Program-made: the position numbers and the translations under genes
NCBI GenBank assembly: GCA_012295275.1
Contig: CM022677.1
Span: forward strand, 2,294,001-2,358,000
Reading direction: 5' to 3'
DNA: 64,000 nt
Source: Chrysomallon squamiferum
Taxonomy: Eukaryota > Animalia > Mollusca
In this document: positions 30,651 through 44,399 of the stretch, one piece after another
Numbering within the stretch: the stretch's first letter is position 1
How the letters are laid out: each line of letters begins with the position of its first letter
Notes under the pieces: model-generated
What the model saw: only the letters and a program-made list of their open reading frames with translations
Databases searched by the model: none
What the model was told of the DNA's origin: nothing

Positions 30651-30655
<5 letters not shown>
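28560..30655 (+). repeat. Three diverged copies of a short element at ~1 kb spacing (28560-28725, 29558-29597, 30530-30650)
   Basis: Shared ttatt.aaacacg(tgt.ag..ataacatgac.tactaatctgt...agtacaa.gtca). Each copy is followed by a dinucleotide tract. Confidence 0.7.
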
Positions 30656-30719
<64 letters not shown>

Positions 30720-31244
30720 AGTTCTTAATAAATAAAACATTTGCACGCCCGAATAGAAAAGATAAATAAGTAAATAAATGAAAAAAACAAAAAAAAAAAC
30801 ATTAAGACTAAATAAATAAACATTAATAAACAGCAAATACAAAATAAACAAATAAACAAATACATAAATAAACAAGTTAACAAATAAATAAAGAAAGAAA
30901 GAAATAACAACAATAATACTAAAAACAGTAAGAAAGGCAGAAGCAGTAGTGCTGGCAGTACAAGGAAAAAGTAACAGCTCTGCCAAAAGTAATAAAAGTA
31001 CTGAATCACGTCATCTACCTAAGTATACTGAAAACACGTTATCTGTTTTCATAGACGCCACATTCAGTCAAAATGTATCAACAAGTTAAGAAAAAAGATT
31101 AATAATAAAAGAATAATAAGAAAATGTTTTCTCGGTGTTCATTTCTCCAAATTTGCTCCAACCTGCAAGAAAAATAAAAAAATAAAAAATCAGTATTTTA
31201 AGTAGTTCAGATGACTAAAAATTAAAATCTACCGCAGTAACCTT

Positions 31245-32105
31245 AATAATAGTTTTAAGGTCAGGGTTAGAAATAGACTTTGCATAAGAATTAAAGTTAG
31301 GCACTTCTTTAGCGTCAGAGTTAGGGCTTAAGGTTTGGTTTAGGGTTCGGGCTCGGGTTATGTAAATTTTAGTATGAGGTTATGATAATGTGGAAATAAT
31401 TTTAGGCTCACGATTAGAAGTAACGTAAAGAATCAAGGATCGGGACTTGAGTAAGATTAGGTTTAGAAGTTCGGCTGTGGTTAGCTTTAGGATGAGGATT
31501 AGGGTTAGGATTAGGGTTAGTGTTAGGATTATTCAAAATTTATTAATGAGTCTTATGATAATCTGCAAAACCGTTTTATGATCAGAGTTAGTGTTGGCAT
31601 TAGAATTAAACTTAACGACTTCGTTAGTGTTAGGGATTGAGTCTGGATTAGGGTTAGGAATAAGTTAAGGTTAGGGTTAAATTAGGGTTAGGGTAAGGGT
31701 TAAGGTGATGTTTATTTAAAGATTATTATCAGTGTTACGATAATGTGCAAAATAATTAAAGGGTCACCATTAGGAGGAGCGTTAATGTAAGAATCAACAT
31801 TGGGTATGATTACGTTCAGAAGTTGAGCAGGGTTAGGGTTAGGTTAGGTTAGGTTAGAGGTTAGATTAGGTTAGAGGTAAGATTAAGCGTTATTGTTTGG
31901 GTTAGGCTTAGCATTACGGTAGTGAGGAAAATAGTTTTAGGGTCAGAGTTAGAAATCGTCTTTGCATAAGAATGAAGGTTAGGTATTTCTTTAGCTTAGG
32001 GTTAGGGTTAGGGTTAGGGTATTGTAAATATTAGTATAAATGTTATAATAATTTTAGGATCATCATTATCGTAAGAATTAAGGTTTGGGGGTACTGGCAT
32101 TAGAA
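31245..32105 (+). repeat. Degenerate interstitial TTAGGG-rich array with ~150-180-bp higher-order units
   Basis: Runs of ttaggg, ttagg and ttagga alternate with conserved non-telomeric blocks such as atgataat.tg.aaa..a..tt.agg.tca and tttgcataagaat.aa.gttagg. Confidence 0.85.
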
Positions 32106-33430
32106 TTATCTTACGTCATTAGTTTTACACTATCAAAAAATTATACCGTGTATAAACAAAATTCTGAGAGGAAGATGATGCAAAAATGACACTAACTTCG
32201 TCCTTCAGCAAGCATCATAATATTATTTTAGATGTCATAATATGCGACAGTTTTGGCAAAATAACGATTATCCCAAATAAATCTTTCGTTGAAAAATGGT
32301 TTAAATTGAGAATGATAAAAACGAATTATCAGATATTTTCTTGTAACGTGCAGCGTCATCTAATATACAAGACAAAAAGAAAGATCCATTTGCTGTATTC
32401 AATTGTTACCATGATAAACCTGTAATTAATTATCACATTTTCCTGTAAAAATGCTTCTGATAAAATCACCACCACTGTTTATGTAACAAATTAATTATCG
32501 AGTGATTTTTAACTCGTTACAGTCATGCAGAAACAGTGGTAAGATTTGTGGCCTCTTCTTTATGAAACCGGAAAGTATAATGAGAAATATGGAGGACCTT
32601 CTATAGTAATATTAAATAACAAATTATGTTCAGAGTTATTAATGTAATTAATAAAATATTAAGTTATTTTCGTTGATTTTAATTTTCATTGTATGAACTG
32701 CGCTTCTGATAACTTGAGAATAAACGACTAAAACGTGACTTTTCTTCTTTTTTAAAAACTTTTTCAGTATATTTTAACCTTGAGATATCCCGTTTATTTT
32801 GTAATAGGAGCACTGTTCATAAAAGTAAACTGAGACTGCGCAAAAATGATATAAAAAATAGGTTATTTAAACCAAATCTCAATGTATTCATTCAAACAGT
32901 CTACTGGCAGTAAATATAAACTTTGCATTAAATAAATTTGCAGAAAATGATTCATACTATTAAAGTATATTAATTTACAGTACTGCTAGTAACTAAAGGA
33001 TAATTACTGTTGTGACATTCAAGTTAATAGAAAATTAGGCTTTTAGGCAAAAAGTGAAGATTAATTACAGGCTGATGGTATGAATCAACATAAACCTTTT
33101 TAAAGTGAAATGCTTGATCGCTAGAAATTAATGTGGTTTACACAGCATATTAGAGTGATAATTAGATGTGCAGCGTAATATTAAGTGATGCTGTGTTCTT
33201 TATTGAACAAATATTGTAAAAAGGAAAGGCTGTATGACAGAGAAAGGTGAGATACATTTTATTATCTATCACAGTTTATTATTTATAATTACAGTCTTCT
33301 AGAGTCAGAACGGTTACATTAACAAGTTGAGAACAAAATATATTAATGTGAGTACTGTTGTGTAAATGAATAAACTGAGTTTCAGCTGTAATAATGTTTA
33401 TTATTATTATCACCATCATCATCATCATTA

Positions 33431-33476
<46 letters not shown>

Positions 33477-34723
33477 GGACTTTTTCTTTATTTTCTTTAT
33501 TTTCTTTTATTATTATTATTTTTAATCAAAAAAGTCCCACAACAAACATACACCTCAGTACTCATTGAAAAATGTTTTAATAATAATAATAGTCATATAA
33601 TACATTATATCAGATTCACTTCAATTTAATCATATAAACATGTCATGTTAATAATAAAAATACTGACAGTGAATACAACGTAAATTCCGACGCGCAGTTT
33701 TTCTTCAGATATCTGTAGAAATGTAATTCTCAGTTTGTCAGTATAACCGCTGTGACTCTAGAAGCCTTCTCTCCATCTGCAATCTTAATACATTATCCAG
33801 AAATACTCGTATTTTCCTGTAATATATAATAAATAAATTGTGAAAAAAAAACAAAAAAAAACACACATATACTCACACAATTCCTTAGTTATTATTAAAG
33901 TTTAATTTTTTTTTTATAATTTAACCTGTTCCATAATTCTCGATTTACACTGATTCTACATTCTGTCATATTAACTGCGCTCCTACTAATCATGATTTGT
34001 TGTTTTTTTTTCATAAATAAAAATGAAATATTTACTTTATTTATACGGCGTTATTTGATTTTAATAACCTTTTCCCGAAACATCACCTTTACTTACTGTA
34101 TTCTCTGATTGTTAAATATAAAATTTTTAACATTTTACAGCGCCGTGTTTCACAGTAATATGTGGGGTAAGTAACAGAAAGCAACATTGCGCCGTTTCTT
34201 AAACTAAATTTTGATAACCCTCACATAGTCAAAAAATAAAATATTATTTTCAGTTACAGCACAGAAGATTTTGATATATTTTATTAAAAACGCGTTAACT
34301 TGATAATAAGAATAATTTTCTGCAGATAACACGTGCCTGTCTGACTTTTCCTATTGTTAAGAGAAAGTATATCAATTAATTTTCTGAAAGGAAATACTTC
34401 TACTATAAAATAAGAATATAATTACCGAGATATTCAGTTTTGCACCTAATAAAAATAAATAAAGCAGAAGTATGGGAAAAGGGAAACTTATTAATGTATT
34501 TTCACTCAGTCATTCTGTATTTTATCTATATTTATCTATTATTATTATTGTATTCAGCCATAATATAATGAAATGTTAATTTTGGAGGTAAACAACAAGA
34601 ATTCTTGATATTTTAATTTTGTTTTGATAATGACGTGTAAAAATATCAGTGTTAAACAGCAGCACAGTTATTATAAGATTAAGGTAATTTTCACCCATTG
34701 TCTCAATTTATTCCTCCTGTAAA

Positions 34724-35840
34724 CTGCTGGTAGTAAAATAAAACGTAAATTCTGTCCAGCGTTCTCAAATTATCTTCAGAAAACTACGCTCCTAGAAACT
34801 AAATATGATATTTATGTCATTAATTCTCGAATATAAATTACTGTGATTCCATTAAGGTAGCAGCTAGGTTTTAAAGTTATATTATTCTGTTATTTACAAA
34901 ATATTTTTAAAGTTTTGTAGAAGACGTATGGATAGGCATGTTTTTTGTTTTTTTTTATGATATAACTTACAAATTATAATATTAATACAGTAGACATCTC
35001 CTAGTAGAACAAAATGTAACTGTAAGTGAAATTATCAGTATTTTTTATGATGCAAAATAAAGATAAATCATAAGAAAACATCACGTTATTTTCACTCAGT
35101 ATCAATTTACGATATAAACGTCGCTGGTTTTATGTATAAAACGTGAATTACGTCGCGCTTTACAAAACAGAAATCTTCGCTTATCTCTGTGAATTTTAAT
35201 TTTAATGTCGTTTGCTTTGAAAAATCAAATTCTGTGATTCAAGTAAAGTGTAACTTCTCACGTGTTCAGTATTAATTTTTTATTTATTTATTTATTTATT
35301 TTTTATAGAGAAGAAACTGTAACTCAGTTTAAGAGAAAAATATTGTCACAACAGAGTGGCTTCCCCTGTATAATCTAGTCATTAAGTTATTTATTTCTGA
35401 ATTTACAAGTCGAGTGCTGAATGCCACTATAAAATAAAAGGTCACATCCAGATTAATGTGATATTTGATTAACAGCAGAACAGATTTCACTAAAAAGCTC
35501 TGAATGATGCTGAAAACTGAGCTTTTACTTTATAAGAATCCATTCATTTTTGTTGATACGTTGATAATAAATGATGTCAACATGAGCGCAGTTTTCACAG
35601 CGACATTTATTGTTATTAACGCTATCAAAATTATTCTTGAAAAGCCGATGATATTCCTTTAGCTGACAGTTTATATATATATAAGCAGATGTAAGCAGTG
35701 TTTTTTTTAAACTAATATGGAACGTAATTTCCGCTCAGTCTGTTTAGTCGTAGAAGCTGCACAGCTGGTAGTAAATAAAAACGTAAATTCTGTCGAGCAG
35801 TCTCAAATTATTTTAAGAAAACTACCAAATTAAATATGGT
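34724..35840 (+). repeat. ~80-bp diverged direct repeat pair (34724-34812, 35763-35840)
   Basis: ctggtagtaaa..aaaacgtaaattctgtc.agc..tctcaaattat.tt.agaaaactac occurs twice. Confidence 0.8.
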
Positions 35841-38489
35841 ATTATACACAGAAATTAAAGATTAACTGGTATAATATTGGTTACCATATTTAAAAATATG
35901 GTTTATTTGAAAGACCCTCTCTATTTCTCAACAACAAAAATAAATAAATAAATAAATAAATAAATGTATAGTTTTATAAAATTTGTCTTAGAGAGACATG
36001 AAAATATATTATTAGCAGTAAACAATTAAAAAAAGAAACATTAAGCTTTTCCAGCAGCGCAGTTTATAAAGCAAAATGTAGAATCGGGAAAAATAATATA
36101 TTTTATATTCATTTCAAATTCTTCACCTTTTCCTGTATTTTTTATTTAACAGTGTCTTCGCCTCGGAAACTTGTTTTACATGGTAGACTGTAAAATTGAT
36201 GACATAATCGAGATGAACAAAGATATAAATAGAACAATAATAATAATAACTAGTTTGGACTGTTCATAGAAAGAAGCAGGCGGCAACAGAAAAATTGTTA
36301 AAACTGTAGAATTCATGGATTGACAGAGAAACACATGCACAGATGTGGGTATATGTGTTTGAATGTTAGAAAAACATATATACATACACACTAGTTGTAT
36401 ATGAGTGTATGTGTGTACTGAAGGAAATTATAATTTTTGTATGTGGTATCTGAGTAATGGATACCGAGCGATAGACAGACAGATGTGAATGTGAAAGGAT
36501 GAGTTGGTACAGACAGGTTATCTGTGAGAAAGAGTTAATGTGTTTGTTGTCAGATAACTGCTGCATGTGAAAGACAGTGTCCTTGTTTATGTATAAATAA
36601 ATACAAGTTCCAAGTGTTTTGATTGTTGTTTTGTTTTTAAAAAATGAATAGAAATAAAATGATATACAATTAGATATAAAAATACAATTAATAACTGGAT
36701 TATTTTAAGGATTTATTCTTATATCTTGATTTTGAATTGTTGTTATTAACATTAAAAGATATTTGAAAAAAAGCTGAAATTAATCAGGCTGAAAGAGTAA
36801 TTTTAGCTCTATTAAAACCAATATCTTTATTAAAAACAGATTTGCAGTAATTTTTATTTTAAAGAAAATGAAAAAGAAATGTATGTATGTATGTATATAA
36901 TAATAATAATAATAATAAATTTTAAAAATGTATAATTAATTTGCTTCATTATCGCTTCATATGAAAGTCTGAGACATCAAATGAAAGTGAAATGGTTCAT
37001 ACTACAAAATCTTAAAGGCATATGTCACTATAATTCGTTATTGGAATGCATTGTTACAAAGGTGGGGTTTAGTTTTGTCTTGAAATGCTATTATAATTAT
37101 ACTTCCTATTTAATAAACTTCAGTTTGATTAGTAACATTATGCAGAGTGATCTTGACTGCTCAAGGTTTATATGAAAAATTCATTGTTTTTATTCAAGGG
37201 GCAAATCGAAAAAGAAAAGTTTTAAGTGAAATAGGAATTTTACAGTAATTAATTAAGTAATAATAATAAATCAAATAAACCAACAAATAATGGAAACTGG
37301 TTGTTCTGAAACTGTTGAATTTAATATTGGAATATTTTGCTGGAATTTTTTTTTTTTTTTTTGTTTTGTTTTGTTTATACAATTAGCTGAATTCATCTAA
37401 AAGTAGTAAATCGAATTTAGCTGGGTTTTTTTGTGTATTTACAAACACATTAAATAGAGTTATTTCCCTTAGACCATTAATGCTTCTGCAATGTCATCTA
37501 TTAATAGTCTAAGGGAAATAACTAACGGTTTTGTAAATAAAAGAGAGAGAGAGAGAGTACAGAATGCCATTTTTGTTGATTAGTGTTCATTCTAGTGCTT
37601 TGATTGTTTGTTTTTGTAAAATCGAACAAAATGTATATATAAAAAATAATGATTAAATCAGATTATCTTTTGCTGGTTGACAACAAATAACGAAGATATT
37701 GATCAGTATATAAATAATAAAACTAAAAACAGACAAAGACTAGTCTTTATTTATTTATTTTTGTTTTAAAATATTTGAATGTGCCTTAACATTTTTAATG
37801 TTAAGAAATTGAAAAATTTCAGCATGATTTTCCATTTTGATTATTGTTTTTAGATAAGATGCAATGGGTTTGATTTTGTAGATGTCAGGATTTAAAACAG
37901 TTAATTACAAAAAATGTTTTTGTATTAAAAATATTTGTACTGCCACTCATTTATGTAACATGTCCTGGTTGTATTTTATTATTTTATATCTTGTATTATT
38001 TATTTATGAATTTATTTATGTATTTATTTAATTTCATTTTACCCCTATGAATTAATTCAATACAGATTATAAAATACTTCGAAGACATTTCCATTTGCAC
38101 ATATTTGAAATAATTTTTTGAATTTTTCCAACATGTGAAAGGCTAATTATAAAATACTGAGAAAAATTCCATTTATTTTTTCTCTTCTTTGACTTTTTAT
38201 CATTTTTAAATTATGATTTTCTATTTTTAAAGATTCCTTATTGAAATAATCCAATTATTCTTTCTAAAGTGGGAAAGTTGCTAGAAATGTCTAAACAGAA
38301 ATAACTGAATATTTAAGTTTTATTATCTAGCCAGGTTTTTAAGTAATTTCAACTTGAAGATCATCATGTTTCTTCTAATTAAAAATAACAAAGTCATGGT
38401 TAATGCAAATAAAATTTTAATTTAGTTAACAGTTTACATTACAAATAAATTATTATATTTTTTATTACTTTTTTGGGAGAGTTATATAT

Positions 38490-41030
38490 GTTCTTATTAC
38501 CCCTAATTACATAATTTAAATATATTTACACAATGATTTCCCCAACTTTTTTGTATAAAAAATTCTTATTACCCCTAATGACATAATTTTCAATTATATT
38601 TACATTTATTACCCCCAGCAAACCCCTGATTTTACCCTGATTTAAATAATATAAAGAAAAAATGTTGCTTCAAATACCTCTAATTACATAGTTTTAAATA
38701 TATTTAGACTGATTAAACCCAACAAACACTTGATTTACCCCGATTTAAATAATATAAAAATAGATTTAAAAAGTTAACTATCACACTGATTTTAGCTTAT
38801 TTACAAAGAAGAGCAATGATGAATCTCCATTCCTCTTTCAGTGAGAAAAGTTAGAATAACCAAGCACACATCAATGATAAAAACAGTGCAAGCTGCTGTG
38901 AAGTACAATGTGTACACTGGATGTTCTGATCACATTGACAAGGCAGTCTCTTGGAGATCACTGAGTGTTAGAAATTGAAATTAAATTTCAGACAGATTTT
39001 TTCTTGACAGACTATGATGTAATAGCTTTCTGGTGAATCTTTTCTGAAAATGCACTGCTGGCTGAGGCAGCTTGAATCGGTTGTCTAGGATCCTACAACA
39101 AAATATAATATTCATTAATGAACTAAACATAAAATAAAGTGAAAGACGCTCTAACTGCATTTCATTGTCTTATCAAGAAGAATTTTAGTCCAAATTTGTG
39201 CTTTTTCCATGCAATTTAAAATTAAAATAATTTATTAAAGGTTTTTATATTCTTAATTTCAATCAGATTAATATTGTAAATTTCTTTCACCTGTATTAAA
39301 TCTATCTTTTTTCTGAGATTAGAGATATTAAAAATAGCAAATTACAAATTTATACAACTGTTCTGTTCACTGTTCTATTAGGCTGGCATGTAAATTATTA
39401 CATTGATTCTGTACTAGCAAAACTTAACATATCAAGCAAATAGGTTTGCTTTATGAAACATTTATATAAAATTATCAGTACATAAAAATAAAATCATCAA
39501 AGAAGACAAACAGTGTAAATATTTAAATTTAATTAATTGTTAATTTAATCTGAAAAAATCCTGACAATTTTCTTATAATTTCTCAGAAGAAAAAAGATAA
39601 ATGTAGTTGAACACATTTGACTTCAGCATAAATACAAAATGAATTAGTACATTTAAATGGCTATATTGTTATTTCTAAAACTGATTAATAAACCCTGATA
39701 TAATTAATAAGTAAAACCATTTTGAGAACAATGTAAAGTTAATGAAGAAATAAAATGTGGGAAGACAAAACAAAATCTGTTACTGATCAGTGAAAACATA
39801 ATGTGTATTATATACTATATCCTTTTACAATGCTTCTTGAGGCTTTTGTTTTTTGTTTTAAAGAAAAACAAAATTGTTGATATTTTCTAGCTATCCATTA
39901 TTATTTATAGTCCAGATAAGATGGAAACACATCAGTGAGAGCTACTAAAAATAAAAAAGTAAAGTGCTGCAATCCATACAATAAGAAAAACTGCTGACAG
40001 AAGGTTGGAATTTCCTAAACAAACAGTTCTACAGATTTCCTAAAATCACTCATCTAGATCCATTACTAAAATACACCATTAACGTAAATGAAATAACAAT
40101 AAATCATTTCTTGATCATATTTCAGGCTCTGAATAAAACAAAGTTGAACTTAAAAATACTGAAACATAAATAAATCCTAGTGAAAACATTAAATTATCTC
40201 TCAAAATGCTCTTTTATATATTACATGCAAATAGTAATAAATACAAAATACAAAATAAAAGATTATACTTTAGCTATTAAAATGCAGATTACTTAATAAT
40301 TAAAACAATATTATTTGCTTCACTATTATTTTGAGTAGATTAATCACCATCAAACAACACATACAACTAATCTTCATGACATTGTTGTCAGTTTAGGGGA
40401 AACACACACACAATTCTAGGTGTGCACCGTGTACTTGGTACAGGGCTGGGAGACCTACTGCACTGGGGTAACAGTGATTTACAAAATAAAACACCAAAAT
40501 TACTTTTCTGTTGTTTTTATCATCATCACACCATTATTCATAAATATGGTCAACATCATCACAATAAATAAATAAATAATGTTGAAATTAAATGAACAAT
40601 CTTGAATATTAGAAAACAAAATATATATTATGCTGTAAGCAAATGTGACATTTTTTGAAAGTAAAGTGCAAAAGTAAAAATTAAAATAAATGTGTAAAAA
40701 GAAAAAAAGAGAAAAATGAATTCATGAACCATATAATAGAAAATTAATTAATTATATAAAGTGAATAAAACATTTTTTTACTGTAATGTTGGATATTGTA
40801 TATAATGATTTTTTGTAAACAGTTGTAAACAGTTAGAACTTAAAAATCCTTTCTGACTGAAATAATGTTAAGAAGTTAAAAATACAATATTATAACCGTT
40901 TAGATTATATTATCATGTTTTAGCTTAATACAACATTAGTAAGGATTTGTAATGTTTGTATGCTTAACTTTTATGATTGCGTATGTGGTCAAATTAGAAA
41001 TTAATAACAAGAATCAGAAATTATCCATGA
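38490..41030. repeat. Old duplicated segment, partner pieces at 48300-49560 and ~53955; includes an attacccctaattacataatttt tandem array and a stray minus-strand exon starting at 39092
   Basis: Shared array units; ttagaataacca.gcacaca.caatgataaaaacagtg (38851/49063); agacaaaacaaaat.tgttactgat.agtga (39763/49527); aattaataacaagaatcagaaatta (~41000/53953). Confidence 0.75.
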
Positions 41031-41619
41031 AAATGACTTGCCGTAATAATTTCTTACTTTCTGAGTGTAATATTGTAAAACTGTTAGTTACTCGAGGCTG
41101 TTAAAGAAAACATTTTGAAGTAAGAATAATATCCAAATATGACTTCAATATGTATGTATTCCAAAGCTGTTATAAATGAATTATAATATTGGTTGATTTA
41201 ATGAACAAAATTGTGAATTGATGTTTTTTGTGTGATCATTTAATGTTTTCAACACGAGTAACCATTACTTCCATTAGACCGCACTCACACAGAAATAAAA
41301 GTTATGTCTCTGTGAAAATATATAATGTTTATTAGCATTAAAGTATTTTATCTGTTTTATCAGTGTGAATTATAGCTAAATATACTCAAGTATGCAACAT
41401 GAAATAAAAAAGGAACAAAGAGAAGAAATAAAAGTAAAAAAGGAGAAAGTGAACAGAAAATAAGGAAAAGCATTAGCCAAGCTGCTCAGGGATGTCAAAT
41501 AATGAGATGTTCATCTGCACCATTTTATCTGTCAACACCAGTTCAAAGTCTCAGAAGTATGGACAATATGGTTAAACCTGATGATCCCAAGGTCAGTATT
41601 CTGGTTTAATTTCACCAGT

Positions 41620-42345
41620 TGAGCACAATCAAGATGTCAGTATAAAAATTAGATTTGACTAGAAAGTTAGATATAATGTATGATAAACTGGAAAAATTAG
41701 ACATGATTGAAAAACAACTGAATGGTATGAAAATAACTGTACAAGATATAGTGGTAAAATGATTGATATTAAGAAAAAAGTACAAGATATGGAAAGATTA
41801 TGAATTACATTCACTGTCAGTTTGAAAGGCATAAAACAATCTTGGAGATTTGAAATCTGTTGACTTAGATATGAACAGTTCTACTCGTGAAATGAGAGAT
41901 AATAATACCAGTATGAAACAACAAATATGTGAAGTAGAAACTGAGTTTCGAATCTTAAGACATAAACTCACTTCATCGCGACAATGTAATGTTTAGTGTG
42001 ATACCAGAGGAAGATGAGGAAGACACAGACAAGGAGTTGAAAAGTTTTATAAAAAATGAAAGTAGAAAATAATAGTGACTTTGACAGAGTGAATCGACTG
42101 GGGAAGATGTATATATAAGGCCTGTTGTTGCTAAATTCATTTTATATAAATTGTGAGAAGAGCTGCACCCAAAACACTGATAAACAAGCAATTCACGGTT
42201 AATGAACAATTCCTGAAATAAACTAATGACAGGAGAAAATTACTATATCCACATTACAGCAAAAAGGCAAGGGAAAAGACTGGTGTTAAATGGTGATAAA
42301 CTGTATATCGAGGTCAGGCTGTTTACACTGTCGGGCCAGAAGCCA
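41620..42345 (+). mobile_element. Non-LTR retrotransposon ORF1 remnant (coiled coil plus RRM, Transposase_22-like)
   Basis: SSRDNVMFSVIPEEDEEDTDKELKSFIKNE, FDRVNRLGKMYIRPVVAKF, VNEQF...RRKLLYP and NGDKLYIE, preceded by heptad-like sequence; many stops and frameshifts. Confidence 0.75.
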
Positions 42346-42387
42346 GTAACACAAACATAACAATCATCAGCTAAGTGACACCAAGGT

Positions 42388-44357
42388 TATTATCTTCTGT
42401 CCAAGTCTGAGATTCTTCAGTGTGGTGATGTTGAGAAGTTGATAAGAAGTTGAGAAGTTGCACATCCAACAGTGACCCGAGTATTACGTGCACATCAAAG
42501 AGACATTCGATGTTATCAAACATGCACACATAGACACTGGCCATGGAGGTTGCAATCGAATGGTAAAGGAGATAGGCAACAAGTTTGCCAGTGTTACCAG
42601 GGATTCTACTGAACTGTTTAAGTCAATGTGCATTGACTGTCAGAGTAAACTGATAACAAAGGGTGTGGTTGTGTGACCAATCTTGTCTAAAGAATTCTCT
42701 GCTCGTGGCCAAGTAGATCTCACTGATATGCAATTGTTACCGCGTGGTTCTGTCAAGTGGATTAAGGTGTATCAGGATCATCTTACAAAGTTTGTTGTTA
42801 TCCGCCCACTGACATCAAAGCGAGCTGCTGAAGTTGCAAACCAACTCATGGACATATTTCTGCTATTCGGTGCACCACATATATTACAACTGTTCTGAAT
42901 TTACAGCTCAAATCATTTCTGATTTGCAGGAGTTGTGGCCAGAGCTAGTTATAGTGCTTGGTAAACCACGCCACCCACAGAGTCAAGTTCTGTAGAATGT
43001 GCAAATTATGACATTAAAGACATGCTTGTTGCGAGGATGAGTGAGAATGATAGCGCTGATAGGACTGTTGGTGTTAAATTTGTTCAGTTTCGCAAGAACT
43101 CGAGTTTCAAAGCTGGATTGGTTTGACTTCATTCGTTACCACATTATGTTATCCACAAGCTACAGAAGGAAGATGACTTACTAGCCATTCTGTCCAGCAG
43201 CTCAACTCTACCAGAAACAACTCAGTCTCTACCAGAAATGACTCAACCAATGAGCAGCATAGACAAGAAAAGAAAGCTTGCAGTAGCTGCACAACAGAAA
43301 CAAACCAAGCATGTTGTTATGCAGAGTTGTGTGATTATGAAGGATGATGCTGTAGGTGATAAAGTAGCTGTGCCCATTCCATCTGTAGAAATATTCTAAG
43401 TGTTTTATTAGCTGTAGAAAACAGACACTATACATCTGTAGAAATATTGTAGATTATATTAGCTGTAGAAAACAGACACTATACATCTGTAGAAATATTC
43501 TAGTATTATATTAGCTGTAGAAAACAGACACTATACATCTGTAGAAATATTCTAGTATTATATTAGCTGTAGAAAACAGACACTATACACCTGTAGAAAT
43601 ATTCTAGTGTTATATTAGCTGTAGAAAACAGACACTATACCATCTGTAGAAATATTCTAGTATTATATTAGCTATAGAAAACAGACACTATACATCTGTA
43701 GAAATATTCTAGTGTTATATTAGCTGTAGAAAACAGACACTATACACCTGTAGAAATATTCTAGTGTTATATTAGCTGTAGAAAACAGACACTATACCAT
43801 CTGTAGAAATATTCTAGTATTATATTAGCTGTAGAAAAAGACACTATACCATCTGTAGAAATATTCTAGTATTATATTAGCTGTAGAAAACAGACACTAT
43901 ACATCTGGTATTCTGAAAGGGAAATATAGTCAACACTAGTTTGATTTATGTCTTCAGAGACTCCTGAGTGAATCTGACATTAACAGTGTGTCACTTCGTC
44001 AAGCCAACAAAAAGCAGTCTCAACATGGTGGTCAGGGTTTCGTCAAGTGCAGTTGTAATGGACCTAAGAGATGTCAGAGTAAGAGATGTGCTTGTTTCAA
44101 AACTAATGTTTAGTGTAACAGCAGGTGTCACAACAGTGTAAATTGTTTAAATAAATGAAGTATGTATTATATGTCACCAATGCATCATACTGGTAAATTT
44201 GTTGTTACATGTATTTTATTATTCAATACAGATGAAACATAGTTTAATTAATAGAAAACACCTAAGAAATACCCTTTAGCCAAATGACTGGAAATTTTAG
44301 TCAGTTTGGCTAAATGACTAGAGGTCAGAGGCATTTGACCAAATGACTGGTTTGACA
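42388..44357 (+). mobile_element. KRBA2/SCAND3-like integrase DNA transposon (Ginger-type), 5'-truncated and decayed
   Basis: HHCC motif HIDTGHGG...CIDCQ; rve core RGQVDLTDM...YQDHLTKFVVIRPLTSKRAAEVA...FGAPHILQ...GKPRHPQSQ; C-terminal GGQGFVKCSC...C...C.C...CNSRCHNSVNCLNK*. Right end carries repeated aaatgact motifs and ends TTTGACA. Confidence 0.9.
43379..43908 (+). repeat. 52-53-bp minisatellite, ~10 copies, inside the integrase ORF
   Basis: Unit catctgtagaaatattctagt(a/g)ttatattagctgtagaaaacagacactata. Confidence 0.96.
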
Positions 44358-44399
44358 CATTGACTGTAGCATGTATATCTGCTTGTATTTTCGAAGGAA

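Noticed and set aside
31245-32105. Head-to-head telomere fusion site
   Set aside because: Only the TTAGGG orientation is present, with no adjoining CCCTAA array.
33650-33820. Possible minus-strand terminal exon (KIRVFLDNVLRLQMERRLLESQRLY*)
   Set aside because: It is short, has no recognisable homology, and no upstream exon was identified.
43379-43908. CRISPR-like appearance of regular repeats (also 8646-9312 and 13789-14300)
   Set aside because: Units are contiguous with no unique spacers, there are no cas genes, and the context is eukaryotic.
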